The notes under the pieces: generated by a model
The model's database searches: none
Told to the model about the DNA's origin: nothing
The model's input: only the letters and a program-made list of their open reading frames with translations
Shown: piece after piece, positions 12,095 to 26,600 of the stretch
How positions within the stretch are numbered: position 1 is the stretch's first letter
Layout of the letters: each line of letters starts with the position of its first letter
Origin: Schmidtea polychroa
Lineage: Eukaryota
Assembly (NCBI GenBank): GCA_044892525.1
Contig: CM097885.1
Coordinates: forward strand, 127,968,001-128,032,000
Reading direction: 5' to 3'
DNA: 64,000 bases
Position numbers and translations under genes: made by a program

Positions 12095-13453
12095 AATCTT
12101 ATAGATTTTGAATATGAAAGAATATTATTCTTATTTGATTTTTCGGATTCAGTGATATTTGGTTGTATGACCTTTGTAGAAAATGATTTCGTGATAAACG
12201 AGTCTTGAGTTCGTTGAATTGCTCGGTTCATTTGATGGATGTTTGTTGTGGACTATCATGATGTGTTATTGCATAAAAAGGGAGATAAAACAATTTTATG
12301 TCAAATAGCACAACGATAGATAATTTAATCAATCATTTTGTCCGAATAGATTTCATCGAAAAGATCACCAATATTATTTAAAGAGGTGACTGTGAAATGT
12401 ACGAAGAAAACGGTAACGAACGAGTAAACCTGTCACCATTAACTGTGTTAATAAACCCATTTTGATTTGAGAATAAATCTGATAATTAGACAGCTAGCAA
12501 TTTTAGAGAATCATTGCTTAAATTTATAATTAAATAAGGATTTTCTGTCAATGGGACGCCATTTTGGTCCATCCATTGATATTTACTTGTCAAAATTCAA
12601 ATACAATTTATATAGACTTCAAATGACCGTCTAACGACTCATCACACCTACAGTTTTCAATAAATATTCTTTAAATACAAAAGTTAGACCAAAAGATGAA
12701 AATTTAAGAAATTGAGAAAAATAAATAATGAAAAATAAAAAAAAGAATTTTACTGATAATATCTAAAGTAAATTATAATAATTATTAATTTTTTGAATGT
12801 TAAAATGTGATCAAAAACAACAAGTTTGTGGTTGATGAATTCATGTTTAAAATTTCAATTCAATTAATTATTTTGGCGCAACAAAAATGTGGAATTGAAA
12901 AAAAAAACTTTTTTAATAATATGTTTTAGAAATAGATTTTTCAAGTTACGTGTTTCATAATTTCTTATTCGATTTATTTTTCATTTTACCATTTTATATC
13001 ATGGCTTCAAATCAACAATATGCTCATAGTTTGATTGGCAGAAGTCGGGAACAAACGATCTCAACAGGGTCAATAAAATTCATTTTAAATACTAAATGAA
13101 CAGACATTCATTTTTTTTCACATTTTATTAAGAAACTATGAATTTAATGTTAATATTAGTTTAATTTTTTCATAACAAATTCAAAGATATTCAAATAAAT
13201 TATTAACATATAAATTCCTCAAGTCGTGCCAGTAATAAATCTCAAAGAAGAAATAACTAAGTTTTTCTATGTAAGAATTCAAAGATGTCATAGAATCTTT
13301 ATTTAATTTAAAAATCTGTTCGTTGTTAAATCGAATATTTAAACAACCTTTATTTTGATGATTTCGGGTATTTTCTTAAACTTATGCTGAATTGATATAA
13401 ATAGTATATAATATTAATATATAAGTATTTTTTTACTAAATTAAATTACACGT

Positions 13454-13670
13454 ATAAAGTGATTATTTCTTGGTAGCAGCATTAATTAAATTTTAAACAA
13501 TTAAATGATAATTTAAGCCTTTTGCTGCGAATAATATATTTAATTATTTAAAAATTTCGACTGTTAAATAACCCTAATTAATTTTCCAAAAAATTGAGAG
13601 TCGAAAATTTTTTCATTTGTATTAAATATATTTTTCACAGCAAAAGGCTTAAATTGTAATTTAATTGTTT
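13454..13670. repeat. Foldback-type palindromic element, copy 1 (diverged)
   Basis: Inverted arms at 13495-13562 and 13599-13670, homologous to 27577-27776 and 32201-32286. Confidence 0.7.
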
Positions 13671-14268
13671 ATAAATTACACATAGTTTTTAATATTTAAT
13701 TTATTAATAGTTGATTTTAGATATTACATATAATCCAGTGAAATTCATTATACTTGAAATATTTTAAAGGATTTGAGAAAGTGAAAAAGAGTACATTATA
13801 GAAATTTAATTTAATTTCAAAAATTACAGCATTATATAAATAATAAAGAAAATTAACATTTCATTTGTCCAAAAACAAACAAAAATGACATGTCCCATTT
13901 TATTTAACAGTTGTTCTTGATATCGAGGTGAATATTTAAAGATTGAAGTGGCACTGTACAGATGTTTATAAAAGAAATCATATTTATTCCTACTTTGATC
14001 ACTGCAAACAACTATTTCAAAACTTTTCACCAGTTTAATTTTCAAATGTTCATTATAGCAAAATTTTAATGATGATAATTACTTTTTTTTGAAAATGTTC
14101 TTATTTCTAAAAATTGCATATTTTCGGGGCATTGGCAATTAAATATGCAACTTATAGAAATAAGAACGCTTTTAAAAGAAAGTAATTAATTAAATTTATA
14201 AAAAATGTGACAATATTAATAAACTACAATATTAATATAATATTTAATTTTTGATTTTTTTCATGTAG

Positions 14269-14676
14269 TAAATGTTGCCTATTTCGCTGAAAAAACATAC
14301 CAGAGTACAACCCAAGGTAACCAAATAGCATCATTAGCGGTTGATGGTCGTTACAAAGACGGAAAACATACTTGTTCCGAAACCCAGAATGATCATAATC
14401 AGTGGTGGGAAATTGAACTCACTGATCGGTTTTTTATTACTGCAATAGTGATTGTTAGCAAATTTACAAGAGAAACGAACTATAATCATATCAAAATAGA
14501 AATCCGAAATAAAAATGTTCCATATATATTTTCAGAATTTTGCGTTGCAAAGGTTTTATGGATCAGTACCGATGATCCACGAATTTTCAAATGCAACAAA
14601 TGGGGTCAAGTAATACGGATTTTTGTTATCGACCCAATGCCCATGCCCCTTATTTTATGCGAAGTGGAAATTTACA
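14269..14676 (+). CDS. Exon: F-type lectin (FTP)-like domain 1
   Basis: Phase 1-1, 408 nt. NVAYFAEKTYQSTT..ASLAVDG..TCSET..QWWEIEL..FC..FKC..GQVIRI..LILCEVEIY. Confidence 0.9.
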
Positions 14677-17600
14677 GTATGACTTTAAAAATTCCAAATA
14701 CTTAATTTCTATAAATTAAAGTTATAATTAAAGTTATATTAATTAATTGCAATACAATTTTTAGGGTATCACGACAAGTGGTTCACGACAAATGGTTCAT
14801 GACATTTGGTTCACAACATTTGGTTCACGACAGTTGGTTCACGACAATTGATTCACGACAATTGGTTCACTATCTTTTCTCTGTGTTCTCGTAGACTAAC
14901 TGAAATTTATAAACTGCATGCCAGCTTAAATTGGATAAAATTACGTATGATTGTGATCGCTATTTTAAAATAGTTATTGCCACACAATAGTGAACCAAAT
15001 GTCGTGAACCAAAAGTCGTGAACCAAATGCCGTGAACCATTTGTCAGTGAACCAGTTGTCGTGGATACAATCTTTAGTAAAATATATATTTTTAAATAAA
15101 TCAAAAATATTTGTCATCAATAATTGTCTAAATAAGAAATATTTGAAACGAAAATAAATAATTTAATTGCTTTTAAATAATCATTGTGAACATTTCATTA
15201 ATAAAAATTTGAAAAATAAAAACAAAAGTTATAAATTCAAAATACATAGAATACATTAAAATACATCAGAACCAAATCTTATGATGAGAATTATTATAAA
15301 AAAAATCATCATGGCAATAAAATATAAAATGAAATAAAAAATTTCAGTAAAGTAAGTTTTTTATAATTATTTAAATTAAAATTACAAATGCAACATTGAT
15401 ATAATAAACAAAAATGACGTTGTTTAAATATTCACATTATCTGGCCACCTTGTTTTTTCAACTGATCAAAAGAAAATTAAAAATGTATTCAAAAATTTGG
15501 AATATCAACAATTTTTGGAACATCATAACGATTCACCTCAACATCCAATGTATAATTACACAAACATCAATCTCTTTGTTCTTATATTTCTGTGTCGTCA
15601 GTGTTCAAAATTCAACTAATGGAAATATCAGTTCACATTTTAAGTTTGAAAAAGAAAGACCGAACCATTGTTTTGGAAAAATATCCAGTTTAAATTGTAA
15701 AAATCTTCTCTATGCATCAATTTTGCATTTAGTTAAGGCCGTTAGTTTGTTTTGCCAATCTAAGTCGTGGAAAGGGAACAAATATGAAACGAAGCTCTTG
15801 CAACGATGGTCATTCAAATCTCCAAAACTGTATTCTATCAGTTGATAAATATATTTTAAATTCATTTATTGTTCTTATGTCTCCACACGAACAATTACAA
15901 ATTCTTTTATAAAGTTGAAATGGACCAAATATTTGAACTTGAATTTTTTGTCGTTGACGAATACTATAATATTACTATAAAGAAATTTTCCATCTGTGAA
16001 ATAACATATTCTCTTCAATACTCATCAATTTTTATTTTCTTGTTCATTTATTTTTTGATTAGAGAATTTTGATTGGAGAAATTTTTTTTATTTATTAAAC
16101 ACTAAAAATGAATGTGTTGAAAATTTGTTTTAAATAAAAAAATATTAATCTATAGTCTGAGAAAAAGAAAAAAGATATTTTCCATTTAGTAGAATAATCT
16201 AAAAATATTCTGTAGTCATTGAAAATTCATTTTATCATAATTGTTTTTCCCAGCGAAGAGAGTCTGTAAAGTGATAATTAAAATCTCATCGGCGCATAAA
16301 CACGGAAATGTACAAAGCAAGAAGAAATTTTAAATAGTTAATTATTATATTTAATTATATTTTATTTATATTCAAATTATATATTACTAAAAAAAAGAAT
16401 GAAATGAATTTATTAATTTATTATAAATTAATTAAAATTTGTAGGTGTCAGTGTTGTGAAATTTTTAACTCATTCTACTATTCATTAAAATTCATCTAAT
16501 AAGCATTAGTGAAGTTATTTTTAAATAAAGTTTGGTGAGGTTTTAAAGTATATTTGTAAATAAATAATAATTAAATATTTTTATTTAATAATTATTATTT
16601 ATTTTACTTAATTAAGTTTATTATTAAATATTCATTATTTACATCGTAATCTGTTTATTTTTATTTATTATTTTTTAATTACTTTTATATCAAAATAATT
16701 ATTTATGTTAAATATATATAAATAATTAAAAAATTTGATTACAATCGATAGTAGTGATTGGCGGTGTGGGCAAAGGACAGGGACATAATTAGTGCTTAAT
16801 ATGAATTCCTCGTTCATGTGAAATAATTGGAATTCACAATTTCTGAAATGAAAGTGTGTCAAGAGACTACCCGAATATTTCTAGTTTGCAAAACTTGTTA
16901 GTACTGCCATTCTAGTACGCGTCTGGCCTCAGCCATCCAATAGCATCACAAACCTGTATTTCACATTAACTGTAACACTCTGATGAAATATAAATCCAAA
17001 ACTGTCTGACCTGACGGAAAAAGACCTGCTAGATACGCTAAAAGGGCTCAAGAACTTTTGTATGTGGAAATTAAAAGATTCAGCAGCAGACACACCAGAG
17101 AAGATGAAAATGAATAATAACAATTAATGATTGGATTTCTCTAAATGACTTGAAGAATACATAAGTTTTCGATTTTCTCCTCTTCGATGAAGCAGCTACG
17201 TTGAGGCAAAATTTTGAAACAGAAAAAACAACATATAAGTCAACTAAAGAGTAATTCAACGAAACATCCACAATCAAATTTCATATTATGGATAAGAATA
17301 AAGAACTTGCTACAATCATACAAGATGAAAATGAACTATTACTATTTATTAAGAAGGACAGAACAGCATAGCTGCGTATCAGAGAATTATATTCCAAGAT
17401 GAAGAGAGTGAAAGAACTTGCTCTGATAATGCAAAAATTAGAAAAAAAATGATTTATTATACAATTCATAATGTAGAAACTGAACAAAAGCACTAGGAAC
17501 TCTATTGCATACATTTATTCAGTGTGGTTGTGAAGAAAGAAAATCGGAATGACAGAGCGAAAGAAATAGCACAAGCTTCAAACATCAATATTTTTGGGGT

Positions 17601-20600
17601 TTCCTTAACGTCTCTAACACCTTGATGAATCTATTTCTTTCACCGACAAAAGCACCATCTTTAATGTTAAAGCTTCTTTTACGAAGTACTTAAAACTGCA
17701 ACTGAACATGCTCAGTTATCTTAACTAGGCTTCAGGGCTTCTTAAATTAGCAATAAAGAAATTATGTGAATAAAGGGTAAATAATTTACACCAATTCATA
17801 GATTAGCCATATGCAACAATCTTTTAGCTATTTTGACCATCTTCTGCACACATTTCATAGAATCGAAAGATAGATTTTTCACTCCCCAACTCTGAAAGTG
17901 AAATCTCACTTAAAACGCAATTTCCGAAAAGTTTGTATCAAACTAATTTCTAAACGAACATTGGCCTTAAGACATGGCACTAAGAGACAAAGCGACAAAC
18001 AAATAATAATATATCTTCGTATTCCTTTAACACTCTCAGTGCCACAGAAAAAACAGGCCTTTTTAATATCTTATTGTCAACCACATTGACCTGACAAGTT
18101 TATTTAAAGAAAAGTCTCTGTCAGACAAATCTCTGCCGACAAAAATCTGAAACAGGCTGTGGATCTAAGAGAAAATTTCAAATATTTAAAAAGCACTGTC
18201 AGTCAAAAATGACTGACATGGCACCGAGAGTGTTAATTAAATAACACTATCCTTAATACTTCAATAGTCTATTATTAATATGTTACAATAAATTTTAATA
18301 CTTACTTTTCCACAGCTTTATCAACTACTGAAGAATGCTACAATTATGAATACATAAAAATGGACTATCAAGGTTCATTACAATACAGTAAAGCATATTC
18401 AAAAAAGTGTTCTCCATGGAAAAACTTTATCAAATCTAATTATGAACACGAACAAATAATTTTTTTCCCTGAGGGTATGCTAAATAAGGAACAATTTCAG
18501 TGGAGTATTAGTGGAATATATCACACTTACATCGACACTCTTTCAAATTTATTACAAAACTATTGCCGGTTCATTCGACTTTATGCCTATAACTTCAGTC
18601 CTCGAAGTCCCGTTTGTCCGGATGAACATATGAAATTAATGCCATGTGAAAGTCCACCGAAATGTAGTGGTAAGAATTGTTTTTCTTTAAATCGACTATA
18701 AAATTAAATAAAAATAAATAATTTTCAGACAAAATTAAACTCAACACTTGCATGTTTAATTCGAAGGGAGAAAAATATCGTGGAAATGTCAATATCACAA
18801 TCACCGGTAAATTCTGCATTCCGTGGTCAAAATTTGAGGTTATTTAAATTAAATTTTATTTTTCAATAATTATTAAAAAATTTAAATTTTTTTTATGATT
18901 TCAAACTATAAAAGTTTTCACTATAATTTCCTCTTGAAAAATATTTTCAATTTCATAAATATTCATAAATAAATTATTTTATTGATCATAGAAATGTCAA
19001 ACTTTAAAGAAAATTTTAGAAGGACTGAAAAAAAATTAAAAATGCATATATATCTTTATTCATGTATTTACATTAAAACACTGCTTTCCAACCTTTCTGT
19101 ACCTACGCCCGGTTTTATATAAAAAAATGTGGCGCCCGTTTAGTTTTTGTAACAATCTATTTCCTCAAATATTTATCCGGTATTTAAATTAATTTAATGG
19201 GCTACAAAATAATATACTTTAATAAAAAATATACATCAAACATATTTATTTTTTATAAGTAATAACAATTTTAATTGTGTTGAGGATACCTAAAAAACAA
19301 TTTATAAATAAATAAATAAAACTACCTGGGGGAATATCGCAATGACAAACTGAACGATCTGTGGGAACTCAGAAAAGAAAGCGGAAGCAAAAAGAAATGA
19401 GATATGAGGAAGAGGAAAGAAACAAAAGAAATCAAACATGAAAATAAAAACCAAGGTCAGTACTAATTAATTAGTACAAAAAGGAAAAGGAATTTCGAAA
19501 TCGGGAAAACAGAAAAACAACAATATTCTTAACTCAACAGCTTGTCAGATAAGAAAAACAAAACAAATACAGGCCGGAGCCGCAAAAGGAAAAATTTATA
19601 AATATTGCGACAGTTGTCAAAGATAACTCTGTCACAGGGAAAACTGGAATATCATGTTGGAAAAAAGGGTGGAATTGAAGATAAACTGAAGTGCCACAAA
19701 TTGACGAGGTATAAAATGAGGGGGCATAGCAGAAGCAGAGAGAGAAACTATAGAGAGAACGATTTAAAGAATCAAAAAGACGTGGGATAATTGTATTAGC
19801 GAACAATTTGGAGAAGCCATTGAGAGAACAAATTAGAAGAAATATTTGAATAAAATTGAAACAGAGAAACTAAAAAGAAAACAGAATTAAAGAGAATCAG
19901 GAAGAGTTTATTCAGTTGATAATAGAATAAAGTTAGGCGAGTAAAACCAAGTCAAAATCAGAGAACAACCAGTTAAAATTACCAATTATTACACTCCTCG
20001 GTTGTGAAAGATTTGTCAAATCAAAGTTATACGAGTGTGCTATTCCTCACCATAGTGTTGTAATAAGCACGGTATAATAGTTAGCTTGTTTAGTCAATTG
20101 TATCAGTGTGAAAATATTTGTGATATTCAATAAAGTTTCCAGTGTTAATTGTTATTTGTGGGTCAGTCAAAGACACGCTTGGAGTCAGAGTAAGAATTCT
20201 AATTTTATCAGCAACTCTATAACCCAACAATTGTAATTAAAACAAATTATACATAAATACAAAAATCGAATACATAATTGTCACAATTAATTATGAATAA
20301 GCGTATTATAATGTGATGGTTGAACTTGTTTTTCAGCACAAATTTTCTCAAACCGTATTATCATTGAAGATATGATGTTCTCAGGTCTTTCTCAATCACT
20401 AAACGAGATCAATACGTTGTCTTTAAAAAAGCCACTGCAGAAAACCCAGTTTCACACAAATAATAAGGAAAATCTTTCTTTACACGCAACTAAAACGTAA
20501 CTATCGAGACTATTTTCTTGTTAAAACAACTGCAAATATTTGAAAAGTCAAAATTTTCATATTTTTCAATTACCAACAAGTTTCATATCCATTCATATTT

Positions 20601-23600
20601 TGACAAGTCAAGATCTTTAAAGTAAAACGAAAACGGCTTCAATAAACTGGTCAAATGATCACATATAAAAACTTTACTTTCTTCTATTTCATCTTCTAAA
20701 CAAGTTATATTAAATTTTGAAACATGCCACAATGAGAACTTACTAAGAACTCAGCGATAAATCGAGGCATATAACATCTTCTGCCACTCAAAATTTGTAT
20801 TCATACTACAAGCCGAGGAAATTGCAAAAACCCAAGTGGAAAAAATTGACGATAAAGTCAGATTACTAATAAAAAATAAAACAAGTATTCGATCTAACCC
20901 ACAAAAGCTTCCTTATGGACACAGTCATCTACGCCCCTAAAGAAAAGGGAAGCCTGTGTATTACATAAGTGGTGGACGAGCAGTTTATTCAACCAATTAA
21001 CCGATTACTAAACCCAATCAATAGCAACCATGTAGCTATTGTACATATCCTGACAGAAAAGTTAATGGAATTAGCCGAAACCCTAACCCTAACTAATAAA
21101 TAGTCTAAATGATGCCCTAAAATGGCTTGACGGAACCTACTCACACAAACGATCAATCTCGGGGAAAAAATCAGGACTGGACAGAATTATAAATTCCATA
21201 ATCACATTATATAAAGCTCACGATATCCTGGTTACTTTTATAACCAGGAAAATTCATATCAGATGCAGAATCAAGTGTAATACCCAGGAAAAACCAGAAA
21301 AAGTATTTTCTCCTCACCTCGAAAAAATTTCACAGAAGCTACATTCGATGATTTATGAGGCATATTTTAGAAAATGGACCGAAGCCAATTGCCACAATCA
21401 ACAGATACCAAGTGGAAGATGCCAGAAAGCCTGAAATATCATAAATAGCACTTCATCATTAAGGCTTGATCTTAAGGCTATACCTTAATATGAAAAAGTC
21501 AAACCAAGGTGACAGAATAGAAAGCACAAAATGCAGAAATTGTACGCAACATGTGCTTAAGAGGGACTAGGATGAGGACAAATAAACACAACGAAGTCCA
21601 AAAGCCTTGGAATATCTATTAAGAACTAAAGAAATGAGCTTTCAAATCGAACTAAAGCCAAAAGAGTGCAAGGAGATGTTAAAACCTAACATAGTCGGCC
21701 GAATGAAAGATGAGATAATCGCACCTAGCCCGCGATTTGGAAAGTTTATATAATATCATTATTAAATACAAGAAAAAAATTAGAAATTTACACAATGTAT
21801 TAAAATTTCCTTCAATTCAAGCAGTTTCTTTAAAAGTTTATTTTTCTAAAAATGCATTTAAAAAAAATCACAAACATTAAATTTTTAAAATGCCTTTTTA
21901 AACCTAAATGTTTACATTATTATTTTTGTTAATTTAAATTTTTAAAATTTAATGGCTCCCACTTGGTGGAAATTCAGTAGTACTGATTTATAATCTCGGG
22001 TAACTTTTTGCTGCTTGCATTCTCCTCAGAGGGTCAACTTTTCATCTTGTGTTTGTAATCTTTTAAATTAACTAAAGTTATTCCACATTTTTAGTTAATG
22101 AGTCCTGCAGTGATGATATTTCTTTTTAAAGTCATTTATAAGAACAAATATATATATATATATATATATAAATATTTTTTTATTCAAAAACGCACTCAAA
22201 AAATACAAAAAAAATGAGGCAAAGAAACTGCCTTACAATTATTAGATTTATTGAAATTAAAAAATAATTAAAATCATATATTACCAATCTTCAACAGTTA
22301 AATATTTTACAAAAATTTTTAAAATTAACAAAAAATATATATAAAAAAGTGTATAAAAATGCAATTTAGTAATTGAGATTTTACAACCAAATTGACTTCT
22401 AAAAAATATATCTACATGTCGGATTCACTAATAACTATAATAAAAATTTATTTTGAAATGAAAATAAAAATTAATAAAAATTACATAATATTTATATACT
22501 GCACATTTGATAAATAATAAAAATTTAGAAAGTAATATCTACTTATCCATATTTGGAAAATGATGGTAATTACTGCCGCAATCCGAATAGTGACATCAGC
22601 GGACCGTGGTGTTTTGTTGACGCTTATTCATTAGAAAAAGAATTTTGCAATGTTCCTGAATGTGGTAAGACAAAATAATTTTAATGCTTAATGAAAAAAG
22701 TATATTATTTACAACCTAATTAATATGTTTATTTCAACTATATTCACCATTATTTGATTTAGAAAAATTTTGTTTTAATAAAACTCATAAATATAAGTTA
22801 AATTTAGAAATTATTTTCTATAGTAAATACAAAATTTATAATTGTACTATTTGCTATTCTTCTATATAGACATTCTACACAAAACAAAACCATTTATTTT
22901 TTAGATAATTATTTTTTTAGATAATTAGTACTTCTCTCTTTTTTGAGTTACTGTCACTCCTAAAATTTTGAAAGAATATTCTCGCACCAATTACTAAAAT
23001 CATGAAATTTTATAAATTGAAAAGACAAATAAGCATATTTTATGTTAATTTTTTATTTATAGAAAATCTTTATTCTTATGTAAAATATAAATTTTTGGTT
23101 AATGACTTTTTTGTTGTTGTTTTTACTCTATTAGGCTTGAAAATCGGGGAATCTTTACTGAAATAGCTACATGCATATCATCAATCACAATATTTCTATT
23201 TTAGGCCTTGGTTTTTATATATAGTAAAGTTTCTTATCTTCATTTAAAAATTCGGCGTGATCCTCGGCTTGGTAATCATTTTAGTAGCCAGCGGTACGGC
23301 AAAGGTTGGGCAACACTGACTGAGGGGGTTAGACACATTTATGAATCTATAACTTTTATTAAAATATCAGTTAACATTTTAACATTCATAATTGAAATTT
23401 AAATAAAAATCTTTTAAATTTGTATAATGAATTAAATTTTATTAATATTTTTTTTACTCCATTGTCGTCTGAAATTAGTAATTCAATTAATCTCACAATA
23501 GTTCAGTGACTTAATAAAGAAATATTTTTCCAACTCGATTCATTTTGCAGTGGTTAATAAGTTCCAACTCCTTGATAAAATAAAAGATTTAAAAAATAAA

Positions 23601-26600
23601 TAAATATTAAAAATTTTTGAGTTTCATTTAATCTCTATTCTCATTGGTTATATTTAATATTTAATTAATATCATATTCAAAATGCTAACTGCTGATCCTA
23701 TTTTTTCCTGGGTCAAAGGAGAAATTTGTTAATCTATGACACTTACGTCGTTTTATTCATTCTAAAAAATGAAAAATTTCCAATCACTTGTATATAAATA
23801 CTTTAAATTCACTTTACTTTTATTTGGAATAAGTATTTTCATTTTGTTAACACAGTGGTTAATTCCACAATTGACTTCGGCCAGTTTAATGTTTATATTT
23901 AAATTTTTCACATGTTCTTCAAATTTTCTAGAATGAAGCAATAACAAATTCCTTCCTATTATCATAGCATTATTTGATTTCTCACCGTTTTTTCTATATA
24001 CTATTCAAATTTGCTGAACAAAAAACGATAAAATGAGGTGGTTTTTTAAATATTTAATATCTTTCATAATTTTTAACATATTTTAATATAAATTGCACGC
24101 ACAAATATATTTTAATATATTGATTAAAACTAATAAAAATTTATAAGATATTTTTGCAAATAATCTCAAAGTTTGCACGATCATACGTGAGGCACGATGT
24201 TGTTCGCCGCGCTTTTGGCTCAAACAATAAAGAGCATCATCGAGCTTCTCAGCACTCTAATAGATAAAATCAGCACTTAAAACGAAAACAAATCTTGTAA
24301 AAAGATTAAAAGCCTTTATTTTTAAAATTATTTTTTAACATTGCAAAATTGACCAATTTCACCTGGATTTACTAGCATTTTTAGTTTTTTTATTGTTACT
24401 GAACGAACACAAAGTAAAGTAACACAAAAAATAATTTTATGTAAAAATTTATTAATAGAAAAAATTAGCATTTTAAAATCAACGTTGATTATTCTTTAAA
24501 ATTTATTTCTTTTCTAACTATCGATTAATATTTTGTTTTATATTCGTGTTATAATTCTTGTTAAATATAAAAAGAAAAATATTTAAAACAAATGAAAATA
24601 GATTAATTGTGAAAAATATAAAAGATTTTACTGATCAATTATTTCCGATATAAATACTATGAAAAGTTATTATTTAAATTAGAAATTATTTTATAAAGGT
24701 TTTGAATTTCTTTTCAGTAAACATGGCTCAATCAAATTTTGTATTTGAACTATCAGATACTGGGAATAAAGATGCTAAATTATTATGGGATGGTGAGGGA
24801 AAAACAATGTTTTCCAATGACTATGTTACATTAAAACCATTTCTCAATAAACCAGCATTTGTTTTAATTATATTTAAATATCCAATTCTTCTTATAGCGG
24901 TTGTTATTTATCCTTACTATAAAGAAGGTTTATCAAGGGTAAGCAATCTTGGAAGCTTCTTTAAACTAAAAATTCAAACTGGACATGCCATATCCGAGCT
25001 GGAACGAAATAACAGTATATGCAATGAACTACACAATGAAATTTACAAAAAAAAAATTTTCATGGACTGCCCAAGATTAACAAGTATTGTAAAAATTTCG
25101 GCTGCAAATCCTACAGATGAATTAGATATTGCGGAAATAAATCTGTTCTGTGAGTTTCTTATTGTTTTTATTATCATAATGTTAATAAATAATATTTTAT
25201 GAATATTCTTTGGTATTTACTTTTGAATTCGACATAAGTTTTAATAATTATTTTGGTAAAAAAAAGGAATAATGACTTTCTTTTTATTACTCTTTAATTC
25301 TTCTTATCCAACTTTACATAAGGTTTTATTCACATCAAATATTTTGTCTAGTGAATTCATATATTAAAGCTTTCAGTTTGTCATTTGAATCTTTAAATAA
25401 AATACGCTCATTTATCATTTCTATGCAAAATAAACGTTAATGCTAATATTATAATGTTATCAGTGCCCTCTCGAGGTCACTTAACCTCCTTGGCATAGAA
25501 GTAATCGAGCACCCTTTTTGTACTGTTTATCTTCTGATATATAAAAACACCATTGACTTTGATTTGCATATCTAGGAGATTAAGACACCATGTACAAACT
25601 GTTGTATAAGCGATTCAAGATAAAAATAAGGGCCATCTCCGTCATAAACAAATGAAAAGAATATTTTTATAAATGTCATTATGCGAACATAGGAATCGAA
25701 AAAATATTCATTATAAAATAATTTTCCTATACTTTTTACAACACAACACATTTTATTAAAATTTTTATTTTTTGTAACAAATTTTTTTCGAATATTCAGC
25801 GCAAAGCGAGTGTCCATAACTTTTTGGCCTCTTTGCAAATTCCAATTTCACCATAAGGTTTACAAATGAGATTTACTAAATATTAATAAAACCTGAATTT
25901 TAAATTATTTAAACAACAATTAATCAATATTAAAATGATAATAATTATTTAAATAGAACACCCATTTCCGAAGATTTTTCCAAAAAAATTCTTTTAATGT
26001 AGGTCAGATAAGTTGGACACTGGTTACAACGGCAACCTCTAAAGAAAAACAATTTAAGTTTAAAAATATAAGTTCAATGACATTTTTAGATCCACATTAA
26101 ATTGGTGATGTATAAAATTATATAGGTCATATCTAAAATTTAAGAAAGTCACATTAAAGTTAATTTACGGACAATGTCAAGTTAAGGTAAAAGTAATTTT
26201 AAGGTCNNNNNNNNNNNNNNNNNNNNNNNNNNNNNNNNNNNNNNNNNNNNNNNNNNNNNNNNNNNNNNNNNNNNNNNNNNNNNNNNNNNNNNNNNNNNNN
26301 NNNNNNNNNNNNNNNNNNNNNNNNNNNNNNNNNNNNATATGTAACCCATAACAGTCTTGTAATGAAATATATGGGTCATATTATGAACTAAAAGTGTATG
26401 TGAAAAAACTGAAAATTTATTTCACTTTTCATTATTCTTTCTCATTTTTAATACGAAACGTTCCATTGGTGTTTTCTGATGCAGTTACAAGCGATTTATT
26501 TCTAATGTGATGTATTGTAATCACAATTCAGTGAATTCATTTTTAACCAGAAAAAATTGACCCATGGTTTGTAATTCCCGGATGATTGACAACCTTAGGT

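Noticed and set aside
14765-15068. Regular short repeats as a CRISPR array
   Set aside because: The units are contiguous 14-mers without unique spacers, are arranged as inverted arms, and lie in a eukaryotic intron with no cas genes.
15414-16072. ORFs of 143 and 67 aa
   Set aside because: No recognisable motif, low-complexity composition, and no compatible splice pair. The minus strand is stop-ridden and could not be assigned.
21081-21092. Telomere-like CCCTAACCCTAA
   Set aside because: Only two units, inside a decayed LINE; expected by chance.
23135-23402. GC-richer ORF 23208-23402 as another receptor exon
   Set aside because: Both nearby acceptors hit stops in the required phase 1. The segment contains a hAT-type terminus (GGTTGGGCAACACTG ending at 23318).
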